64,000 nt of DNA, from positions 35,464,001 through 35,528,000 of the forward strand of contig NC_047019.1 in NCBI RefSeq assembly GCF_902652985.1. Reading direction: 5' to 3'. The stretch comes from Pecten maximus (lineage: Eukaryota). A model generated the notes under the pieces. It had not been told where the DNA came from, searched no databases, and saw only the letters and a program-made list of their open reading frames with translations. Position numbers and translations under genes: made by a program. Within the stretch, counting starts at the first letter, position 1. The number at the start of each line of letters is the position of its first letter. Shown piece after piece: positions 41,517-52,165 of this stretch.

Positions 41517-44500
41517 TTCCACATGTGTACATCGGTCGAATTGCATGTGAACCAGTGATAGGTTGGCAGCAAATTGTCACAATTCAAGCCTTAGAAATTA
41601 CCCTGTAAAATCTGTTGATGTAGGCCGAGACCCAGTGGACTGCTCAGCAGCATTGTGACTCATTAATGGCTTTTCACAATGGCTTTTTTACAAAAATATG
41701 GGCTCTTACTTGCCCAGTGTTCAGTGATTAATCTGTCACCAATACTTAACCTACCAAACAACCATACAGATATCAGTATTGACATGTATTTATTGATTGC
41801 CATTGGAGAGTGGAATGTAACACTGAATGAATACTGGTAGTCTGATGAAGCTGGTATTGAAGCTCATCCTGAGGGAGGTCGGTGTCGGGAAGAGCTCCCC
41901 CACCTGGTAGTCAGCCAGTCTGCTGTTTGTGTGTTGGTGCTGTGTATATATACCACCTGATGATGTTAAAGACAAGTTTGTGCTGACAATGAGTAGTGGA
42001 AACTTGCCAAAATAATATTTTTTATTCCAAAATGATAAAATTAAAAATATTCATGAAAATAGAAAATAGAGAAAGTGATGTTTGACGCATGTTTTAATTA
42101 GTTATTGTCACAGAGATTAGGACCTGGTTACGACGGGAGATCTGTCATGTCTGTGTTATATGTTATGTGAATCGAATCACTGTAGCTAGCTGTGATCACT
42201 GTGTATGGCCAGGCATTTTTAGTCTGGCCTCAGTATACATGACTTAGGGCTGCTTCTGCTCACTACTGGCAGGGCATTGGTCATTATTCATCTCATCATC
42301 AACCTTCTCATTTCTCATTGTACTGTACTCTGGAATGGATGTAGCCTGACCAAGGACAGGGTAGTTGTCAGTGCTGTTACAGCCCTGGCTTGGTGCTGGT
42401 CGGAACAAATGCTATTTATTGATGTAAAGGTTGTCTGTGAGTGCAAGATTGTGCCGTATTGATGATATATATATTGGTATTGTTTCCATTGAATCAACCC
42501 AAGAGTACAAATCTGTTGTGCTGTAGGTGTTTGGTCTTAGTTTGAAGAGAGCTTGTGTGCATGTAGGGTGGAATACAAGTCAAATTTGACATGTATTGAT
42601 TGTGAGAAGAAGGAAGAGTACTGTTTGAAATTATACGACTCAAATTTTTCTAAAAATTCAATTCTTTTCCCTGTCTGTGCTTGAAATGCAACATTGCAAA
42701 ATGCAATTTATATCTCAAATTTATTTTTCACTTTATTATGTCCAACATTAGCTGAGATATATTTTACACATCAATGTGATGTACCTCAAAGGTTAAGTTA
42801 TTCAACTGCAGAAATGTTGTGTGAGAGTAACCCTGATGTTAAGTTTCTTTATCTGAAGATGCTTTATAAGATGTTAAATGAAAACTAATGTTCAAGTGTT
42901 GAGTAGAAGGTCCATTATTAACAAGGTTGTGATATGTTTCTCTCTTGTATTTGGAGTCAAACTAGCTATGGTTTGTACTGAACTGACCCACTTCCTCCAT
43001 TAAGTAAACCTTCATATAGAGTACAACACCTGCCTCACCGAGGTGGCCGATGTCCACATCCCATTATTATCAGTAACTATTGCACCAATTAAATTTTGCA
43101 TCTTCATAAAAACTAACTATTCACATATGGTATTGATTATTGCATGAACTAGTCTTAACAATTATAAGAAAATGTTTCTAATTATGTGCAAAAAATGATT
43201 TTGATACCGAATGCTGTTAAGCCGGGTTCCCGGTGATTTTTCAAGTCATACTGGCTACTGTGTTACTAGCAGTGTTCATCTTTTTATATCATAATTTCTA
43301 GATTAATGAGATTACTTACAAAAAATATGAATTGTATGCTTGTAACAATCCTTACAGTGTTATATATCTTGCGATTTCATGCTGTTGCCTTGACCCTTTC
43401 ACTTGGTCACTATTCATCCTTTGTAAAACTCTTGAGGTTTCTAGGTTTAACATGATTAAACAGGTTTCAGTCTTGTGTCATTCACAATTGTTCCTTGCTT
43501 GTTTTCAGTAACATGAACTGTGCTGGTCACTGTCATTCGTGTCTGAAACACAACTCTCATTCTAACAACTCATCATTTGTAGGAGGATAAACATTTTTGA
43601 AATCAGTGGGACTTCAGTTGTACTGCAGGAACCTAAAAATAGCTCCTATTTTCATCTGTTTTATATAACGTAAGGTGTGTATGCTTACATGCGCAGCCGT
43701 CTGGAAACACTGAACAATTCTCACTGCATATTGATACCTCAGGGACAGAAAATGTGCAAGGATATCAACGATTCATTTTGATGTTGCTATTTTGTTCAAG
43801 TGAAAATCCAAACATTAAAAAACAGAAATTGATCTTCAAATTGATCTTCCTGTCTACAGATTAGTTTTTAAAAGTAGAAAGAGAGCAAAAAAAAGATTGG
43901 TAATTCTAGATAGTCCAACTGTACATGATATTGAGTGGTTAATTGAACTGGTTTTATATAATGAACATTCACGTAATGATGTTAACAGGTATTGGTGATA
44001 ATTAACCTTCCAATAACCAACCCTAAAGGGGTATTTATAGTAGTACCATTTAACAAGTGTTTGCTTTAACTGAAAACCTGTGTGCTGTACAGCCAAAGGT
44101 GTAGCCAGTAGTGTCAAGTATGGCTGTTTTATATACTTCCCTGTTGATAATACTGTTCTAATATTAGGTGCTGCAGTGTATTGTACATATATAAACATGT
44201 TTATGGCTCTTTCACATTTGTGGCCAAGATTTCTGTTTTAATTTGAAAATATTTTAAAACATGTGATTTCGAGATTTGTGTCAAAAGTTATACTTGTAGT
44301 TCTAGCATTCCTATCCCTTCCCTGTATTGATTTAAACGAGCTAAATGCTGAATGTTGAAATTTTACGTTCATGCATTGATGCAGGAAGAGGATGATGATT
44401 ATACAAGTAGTAAAAAAATAGAATTGAGTAGATGCAAGTCATACTTGTTAGAATGGCAGTGTTGATGGCAACAGCTTATTCATTTAAGATCAGTATTTGA

Positions 44501-44636
44501 TGGCAGTTAAACTGCCTGTTTAGATAACTACTCTAGTGTTGTAATTTCAAAGCAACGGAAAAAATTTAATTGCTTGTCAATTCCAGGTAGTATTAAAATA
44601 CAATGCTTTGCTGACAATATTACCTCAGAATATGCA

Positions 44637-46563
44637 TTTTTAGCCCACCATCATCAGATGGTGGGCTATTCAAATCGCCCTGCGTCCGTGGTCCGTCGTC
44701 CGTCCGTCCGTCCGTCCCTCCCTCCGTCCGTCCGTCCGTCCGTCCGTCCGTAAACAATTCTTGTTATCGCTAATCCTCAGAAAGTACTGAAGGGATCTTT
44801 CTCAAATTTCATATGTAGGTTCACCATGGTGCCTAGTTATGCATATTGCATTTTGGGACCGATCGGAAAACAACATGGCCGACAGGCAGCCATCTTGGAT
44901 TTTGACCATTGAAGTTTGTTATCGCTATTTCTGAGAAAGAGCTGAAGGGATCTTTCTCAAATTTCATATGTTGGTTTCCCTTGGTGCCTAGTTATGCATA
45001 TTGCATTTTGGGACCGATCGGAAAACAACATGGCCGACAGGCAGCCATCTTGGATTTTGACAATTGAAGTTTGTTATCGCTATTTCTAAGAAAGTACTGA
45101 AGGGATCTTTCTCAAATTTGATATGTGGGTTTCCCTTGGTGCCTAGTTATGCATATTGCATTTTGGGACCGATCGGAAAACAACATGGCCGACGGGCAGC
45201 CATCTTGGATTTTGACCATTGAAGTTTGTTATCGCTATTTCTGAGAAAGTACTGAAGGGATCTTTCTCAAATTTGATATGTAGGTTTCCCTTGGTGCCTA
45301 GTTATGCATATTGCATTTTGGGACCGATCGGAAAACAACATGGCCGACGGGCAGCCATCTTGGATTTTGACCATTGAAGTTTGTTATCGCTATTTCTAAG
45401 AAAGTACTGAAGGGATCTTTCTCAAATTTCATATGTAGGTTCCCCTTGGTGCCTAGTTATGCATATTGCATTTTGAGACCAATCGGAAAACAACATGGCC
45501 GACAGGCAGCCATCTTGGATTTTGACAATTGAAGATTGTTATCGCTATTTCTCAAAAAGCACAGAAGGGATCTTTCTCAAATTTCATATGTAGGTTCCCC
45601 TTAGTGCCTAGTTATGCATATTGCATTTTGAGACCGATCTGAAAACAACATGGCCGACAGACAGCCATCTTGGATTTTGACAATTGAAGTTTGTTATCGC
45701 TATTTCTGTGAAAGTACGAAGGGATCTTTTTCATATTTGTTATGTAGGTTCCCCTTGGTGCTTAGTTATGCATATAGCATTTTGAGACCAATCCGAAAAC
45801 AACATGGCCGACAGGCAGCCATCTTGGATTTTGACCATTAAAGTTTGTTATTGCCATTTCTGAGAAAGTACTGAAGGGATCTTTCTCAAATTTCATATGT
45901 AGGTTCCCCTTGGTGCCTAGTAATGCATATCGCATTTTGGGATTGATCGGAAAACAACATGGCCGACAGGCAGCCATCTTGGATTTTGACCATAGAAGTT
46001 TGTTATCGCTATTTCTGAGAAAGTTCTGATTGGATCTTTCTCCAATTTCATATGTAGGTTCCCCTTGGTGCCTAGTTATGCATATTGCATTTTGATACCA
46101 ATCAGAAAACAACGTGGCCGACAGGCAGCCATCTTGGATTTCGAAAATTGAAACTGGTTATCACTATTACTAAGAAACTAATGAAGGGATCTTCCTGAAA
46201 TTTCATATGTAGGTTCCCCCAGGTGCCTAGTTATGCATATTGCATTTTGAGACCAATCGGAAAACAACATGGCCGACAAGCAGCCATCTTGGATTTTGAC
46301 AATTGAAGTTTGTTATCACTGTTTCTGAGAAAGCACTGAAGGAATCTTTCTCAAATTCCATATATATAGGTTCCCCTTGGTGCCTAAATCTTAAATTTTA
46401 TATATAGGTTTCCCTTGTTTGAAAAGTACTAGAGGTTTCTTCTGAGTTTACACAGATTAGTAAGACTTAGAAGAAGAGAAAAGTAGAGAAAAGATCAATC
46501 TGACATGGAACCTATAAAGAACATTCAATGGTGGGCGCCAAGATCCCTCTGGGATCTCTTGTT
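44637..46563 (+). mobile_element. Non-autonomous Helentron-type element (HINE-like), copy 2, with about 10.5 units of 155 bp
   Basis: 5' hairpin 44641-44668, (GTCC)n at about 44686-44750, 155-bp period (GTTATCGC at 44763, 44918, 45073...), and 3' ATGGTGGGCGCCAAGATCCCTCTGGGATCTCTTGTT. Same family as 1196-2857, inverted. Confidence 0.85.
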
Positions 46564-49379
46564 GGTGTATTAAACTGCTGGTATTTAAAATTGAGAGCAC
46601 CTGTTGTGAGAGGTCTGTTGCTATCAACAATGTAATTCCCAAGGTAATAGGAAATGGTGTTAGTTCTATCTAGTGTGACTGAATGCTTCATTGAAGCTGA
46701 AAACCAAAGATGCCGAGAACAAAACTGAATATCGAGGACCCTGCTGTACCATGTGTTGTTTTGTCATTTGCTTCTGACTTTGTTGTTAAGTAATATTATT
46801 ACTTTACTATTGTTTACTTTGGACTTTCCATCTTTTTGTTTTACTAATCTAAAAGTTTCTGTGGTTAAGTAGTATTTATTACTTTACTATGCAACAGTGG
46901 TATTGATTTTACCTCCTAGACCTGGTTTAACATTATAATGACTCAATTATCGCTAGGTCATGATTAGATTTTACCACGTAAAGTATGACACTTTTATCTG
47001 TGCCAGAACGTTTTGTACTGGTTGAATTGAAAAACAAAATGGTCAAACATGACATTATATCCACTTGATAGTGCTATGTGTTTTGTGCCGTTATGTCTGA
47101 TATTTTATTGGTTTGTGTGGGTTGTCGGGGCGAATTCTTATCAGTATAGTCAATGCATTAATAGAAATTATATAGCTGTCCATTTTTGTTTGTGAAACAT
47201 ATCTCTAACGAATGACAATGTATATTGACATGATCTTTGATTAATTTGAGCACTAATGGAAAAATATAACTCTTATTGAAATGTAGAAAATACTCTAGTT
47301 ACAGTTAATACAGTTAACTGTCATTTAAAACAATATCAATCAAAACACTGAAGGCAAAAGTAGTCCCAATATTACAAAAACAGAATAGGACAAATCTCAG
47401 CAGTAGTAATTTATGTTGGTGAAAATATTATTTTATGTGATATTACATTATATTCAATATTTTTGAATATTTTTTTAGTCATATTTCCCACTCCCATTCA
47501 TTTCCCATGTTAATCATTGATGAGAGTTCTGGCATCATTTTATACTAATGAAAACATTCCTGGAAATGCAATGATGTAGCTGTGCCATGCATGTCGACTT
47601 CAAAGTCTTAATTTGATCTGTTGATCAAACTTGTTACGAGTTTATTTGCCATTTTCCTATCCTGACCAATAATACTTTGAGTTTGGTTATTTTGAGTTTT
47701 TATTCCGACTTGTTTTATTATGGCCAGCCTGTAAATGTTTTCCCCTTCTTTCCTTTTGTTTTCTCCCTACCTGTCTCTCCAGTATATAACTAGCGCAACA
47801 ATTTGCCTGTGATTTTACAATGAGTATAGTATTACCTATTCTTGGGACAAACAGCTTTAGAAGCTCAAGTCTCGAGTCATTGTTTATGTGGACAAGTTTT
47901 AATAATTTTTTTTTAATATCCCGTCTTTCTATGTACAGAACAGGGACAGACTGGTGACCATTGGTCAGTGTGTTATATATATATATATATAAAATATATA
48001 TTATGCAATTCCAGGGAAAAGACATTTTAAAAACTGCAGACATTGTAGATATATTGAATCACACGTTTTGTTGATTATGATTAGTTACAAAAGGTGTGAC
48101 AAATGATGAAGCGTTGTAAATTTTCAACAAGAAAGTGTTTATTTTGTCTGATCATAGATATCCATTCAGATGTACATGTATGATAAATACAAGACTATAT
48201 TAAACTGATGAAATATTTTATCAGCATTGTTTTTGTTTATTGGTGAAAATGGGAAATTCGGCCCACTCAGTTTTCCGCACTTTTCTCCGCCATGCTTCAA
48301 GGTATGTTGGTGAAAGTTAGTAACTTAAGTATAAGTAGCTACAGATCAAGTTGGAGTTTCAGGTTTTGGGGTTGTGGTCGAGTTCACTGTTTCTATTTTT
48401 AGTGGGGGCAAGTATGGGGCGTGGGAACCATTCAGGTAGTCATAATATTGGGTAAACTGCTTGGTAGTATGAACCTCAACAATTTTCAAAAGAGAAAAAA
48501 AGACCCTCACATTTTCCCCAAAGTCACATGCTGTGGACCTGTGATTAGTACAGAGAATAAAGGGGGCGTTTTCAAAAAAAATTAATTCCAGATAAAATTA
48601 TTCTTGATCATTGTTCATTTTGAAGGAATCGATTTCTACAAATTTTGTGAAAATAAATTACCTTGACCATGCAAGGTAATAAGTTGAATATTATTCAAAT
48701 GACTCTTTCTGAAGAACTTCTTCATAATACATGGCCATCACTTTCCAATCAATCAAGTGGCGGTTACCAACATTGCGATTTGAGATCAAAGGTATCAATT
48801 TTGTTGAAGTAAATTACGGAAACATCAATAAAATTCACAATCATAGTCCGAGTGGCATATTATGTTACAAAGTTTACGAAAAAACTATTTTTCATCATCT
48901 TTGATGGTTACATTTCAAGTTTGTTTAAAAAATTAAAATTTCTAATGAAGAAAAAAATAACTACCTGTACCTCACGATACTTTGCTGGTAGATTGCATTT
49001 TGTGCTAATAACGATAATATATGAAGTCAAGATGTTTAGCTAGTGATTTACGAACAGAAATGGCCCGATATTTATTAATTTTCGCATAGTTGTATCTTTC
49101 TAGGAAAAATGGTTGTTTCTCAAAAAAGAAATGAAATTGACTAGCCTACAAGCTATAGACTTGTGAATACATGTAGGTGAATTGTAGATGGATGCATCAG
49201 TCACTATGATGTTTGCCTTGAGAGCGAGAGGTTGCTAGTTTGAGTTCAAGCGCAGGCAGGGTGTATGGAGTTATGGAGCCTGGGGTTGTGGTTGTCTTTT
49301 GGGGTGAAGACATTGTGAAGGAGAGAGTAGCGTAAAATAAGGTCACCAGCTGACAAGGCTACACAAGTGGGAATTTCCC

Positions 49380-49772
49380 TTTAGCCCAGTGGTAGCTAGG
49401 ATACTTCTAGAATTCTTAATGGATTGTTCTCAAATTTCACATGTAGGTTCCTCTTGACACCCATTTGTGTAGACTGATTGGAAAATTATATGTCCAACCG
49501 GTGGTCATTTTGAATTTTGTCGGTTAAAATTTTGTATTGCTTTTCCCAGAGACCTATAATAGGTCTATTTCTCGGAAAGTTTCTTATGGATATTTCTTGA
49601 ATTTCATTTAGATTCGTCTTGTATTAATTGAAGTTTGTTAGCTCTATTTCAAAGGAGTTCTTGACGGATCTGTCTCAGATTTATGATGTAGGTTCAGCTT
49701 GTTTTCAAATGATTAAAAGGAAGAAGAGAAAAGATCAGTAAGAGATCCAATGAAGGTCATTCAGTGGCGGGT
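49380..49772 (+). mobile_element. Old, degenerate remnant of the 155-bp HINE family
   Basis: Starts TTTAGCCCA and contains CTCAAATTTCACATGTAGGTTCC, TTGAAGTTTGTTA, AGAGAAAAGATCA and CATTCAGTGGCGGG, matching the head, core and tail of the intact copies. Confidence 0.6.
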
Positions 49773-50070
49773 GTTTGTTTGATACCAGAAAATATTTCTA
49801 AATTTCAAGAATTACTTTTGATATCTAGACTAATATTTTGACAAAAAAATATATGATATCAAGCACCCATTTTTTATACCAGAAAATGCATGCTTAGGTT
49901 TTTCATATCAAGAATTCATTCATTTATAACAAAAATAAATTTTCTGAAACATGTTACATTTATTATTGATAAAAAATAGTGCCGTTTTACTATATTTTTA
50001 TATCAAGAGTTATGTTTTTGATTCTGGTTCAGAATAATGAAATATTCGGCAAGTCAAAATCAAGTGCACC

Positions 50071-50319
50071 TGTTGTGACTCTATGGGGCGAGTTGGTTTG
50101 CGGTGGTCCGAGTCTGTAGGTATATCTGGACAACTCGCCCGAAGGTGATGTGTGGAAGTACTCGTCACTCGTCCAGGTTAGTCTACATATGGTTGTTCTG
50201 GTATACGGACGTGTTTCACACACCGCACCTGACTGACCGTAGGCTCGCCGTATTGCACGGCATTATATATATACTATATCCTAGCAGATATTGCATATTC
50301 ACGGCTATCTTGCACAACA
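50071..50319 (+). repeat. 5' LTR
   Basis: TGTTGTG...CACAACA 7-bp inverted termini; direct repeat of 56322-56570. Confidence 0.97.
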
Positions 50320-50320
50320 T

Positions 50321-50330
50321 TGGTGTCAGA
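50321..50330 (+). other. Primer-binding site, probably tRNA-Leu
   Basis: TGGTGTCAGA 1 nt after the LTR, complementary to the ...TCTGACACCA 3' end of metazoan tRNA-Leu(CAA) as recalled. The match is only about 10 nt. Confidence 0.7.
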
Positions 50331-50651
50331 GTTTAAACGGGTTTATATAGGCAAATTTATTTTCACTGTCGATACAGTCTTACTGTTCAGTGACAGCTGT
50401 TTATAGTGTGTAATAGCCCCGGGCCGTTACTCGGCGCACGGTAATACGGCTATTTTTAGAATTAAAAAAGTGCTTACTGGCCAGTGATATCTACACGTAT
50501 ATCACTCTCTACGGAAATTGTCCATATATTTGGTTTGGAGTTTGTTTTTTGGTAATCATTTGTTCTATATCTCTGCTGTATTATATCGGTACGTCATATA
50601 TTTATATATAGGAATTTTCAGGAGAATTAGGTTGTATTATTCATTGGAGTT

Positions 50652-52121
50652 ATGGATATCAATACGGCTTCGGAGGCAGATCTTGGTACTATCCACCAAA
50701 TTGGAAAAAAACGAGCTAGAGCTATTATAGAGAAAAGGGAGGAGTTGGGGGAACTAACCCTGGCGGATCTCAAGCAGATACAGGGGGTGCCTAGCACAAT
50801 TTGGGATCCCTTGCTCAAGACGGGGGTTATAGTTATCCCATTGGATGAGTCGGAAGGGGTTCCGAGGGAACCTAGCGCGGACATCAAAACCATGAGAGCG
50901 GCTCTAGAGAAGATGGAAAATGTTATCGATCAGCAAAAGCGGGAAATGGGGGAGGCTAGAGAGGAATTTCGGAGGCAACTCCAAGACGCCGAGATCGATT
51001 ATAAGAATCGTGTGGAAAACCAATGTAGGCGTTATGAAGCCATGTTGGCAGAGGAAGAGAAGAAGCGAGAGGTGAAGCTACAGGCAGATATCCTTAATAA
51101 AATTGAAGAGGTGGCTCCCAGTAATCAGTATGGTGGGCCGACTCACAGATCAGCTGGGAATGAGGAGGCGACACAAGGCAGCAGGAATAGCCATTCCAGT
51201 GTAAGGCCGGACGGAAAGGATGTGGAAAAAAGCCTGAGGGTGAAGGTGCCGCCCTATGACGGGAAGAGCGAATGGAAACCGTATTTGATCCAGTTTCAGC
51301 ATATCGCGAATCGACATAGGTGGTCAGAGGCACAGAAATTGGACAAGATGGTTGAATGCCTTAGGGAGAAAGCTCTGAAGTTTTTTAGCTCCCGGCCCCT
51401 GTCTGTACAAAATAATTTTGCCCTTTTATGTTTGAAGATGAACAGTAGATTTGGCAAAACCGATCTTCCGCACATTGTGCGCAGGCAGTTACAGGATATC
51501 CGACAGTCCACAGAGGAGTCGCTTGAGGAGTATGCTGAGAGGGCCCAGGTACTGGCTTCGGAGGGTTACGCTGACTTTTCCGAAGAAGGAATTGAGACTC
51601 TAGCAATAGATGCCTTCCTGAAGGGTGTTCAGGATAAACATGCTGCATTTTCCGCAATAGAAAAGAATCCTCGATCATTGGATGAAGCAGTCAAGTATGT
51701 CCGGAGCGCAATGACGAACCAGAAGATTATTTTTGGTAGCAAATCCAGGACAGAAATCAAAAGAGTTTCTTTTGATGAGGAGAACATCAACCACGAGTTG
51801 TTGGCTAGGGTCGTTCACAACGTTGATAGGTCACAGTCACGTCTAGGGTTGGGACTGGAGGAGCGTATGCGGCGGACTGAGTGTGACATCCATGATATAA
51901 AGGAGGAGCTCCGGAAGTTGGGTATTCCTGGGAATACAGGTAGAGGTCAGTCTGTCCAGGGTTCACCATCGAAGAGGCTCTCGGTGTGTTTCTTTTGTAA
52001 TAAAGAGGGCCATTTTGTCAAGGATTGTCCTGTGAAGGCCTCCTGTGTTGCTGATAGATCTCGCTCCCCTTCCCCATCAGCTGCCAGGAAGAATTTAAAC
52101 TTCAAAGGGTCGCAGATGTAG
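50652..52121 (+). CDS. gag: Gag (489 aa): N-terminal ComEA-like HhH domain, coiled coil, capsid domain, CCHC zinc knuckle
   Basis: MDINTASEADLGTIHQIGKKRARAIIEKREELG...DLKQIQGV; capsid-type PPYDGKSEWKPYLIQF and IRQSTEESLEEYAER; CFFCNKEGHFVKDC knuckle. Confidence 0.93.
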   Translation: MDINTASEADLGTIHQIGKKRARAIIEKREELGELTLADLKQIQGVPSTIWDPLLKTGVIVIPLDESEGVPREPSADIKTMRAALEKMENVIDQQKREMGEAREEFRRQLQDAEIDYKNRVENQCRRYEAMLAEEEKKREVKLQADILNKIEEVAPSNQYGGPTHRSAGNEEATQGSRNSHSSVRPDGKDVEKSLRVKVPPYDGKSEWKPYLIQFQHIANRHRWSEAQKLDKMVECLREKALKFFSSRPLSVQNNFALLCLKMNSRFGKTDLPHIVRRQLQDIRQSTEESLEEYAERAQVLASEGYADFSEEGIETLAIDAFLKGVQDKHAAFSAIEKNPRSLDEAVKYVRSAMTNQKIIFGSKSRTEIKRVSFDEENINHELLARVVHNVDRSQSRLGLGLEERMRRTECDIHDIKEELRKLGIPGNTGRGQSVQGSPSKRLSVCFFCNKEGHFVKDCPVKASCVADRSRSPSPSAARKNLNFKGSQM

Positions 52122-52137
52122 GCCGATCAGCGACCCT
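52094..52137 (+). promoter_or_regulatory. Programmed -1 ribosomal frameshift signal (T TTA AAC plus stem-loop)
   Basis: Heptamer 52094-52100 is in the correct gag phase, followed by a 5-nt spacer and stem AGGGTCGC (52106-52113) / GCGACCCT (52130-52137). The -1 frame is stop-free from the heptamer into pol. Confidence 0.85.
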
Positions 52138-52165
52138 CCCTGATGACAATAGCAGGCCATCTCCT

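Noticed and set aside
50103-50336. 77/82-aa ORF in both LTRs (also 56354-56602)
   Set aside because: It starts at GTG, has no recognisable domain, and is duplicated only because the LTR is.
50652-50825. Bacterial comEA gene or contamination
   Set aside because: The HhH segment is in frame with capsid and zinc-knuckle sequence inside TSD-flanked LTRs, between spliced eukaryotic genes. It has no signal peptide or other ComEA regions.
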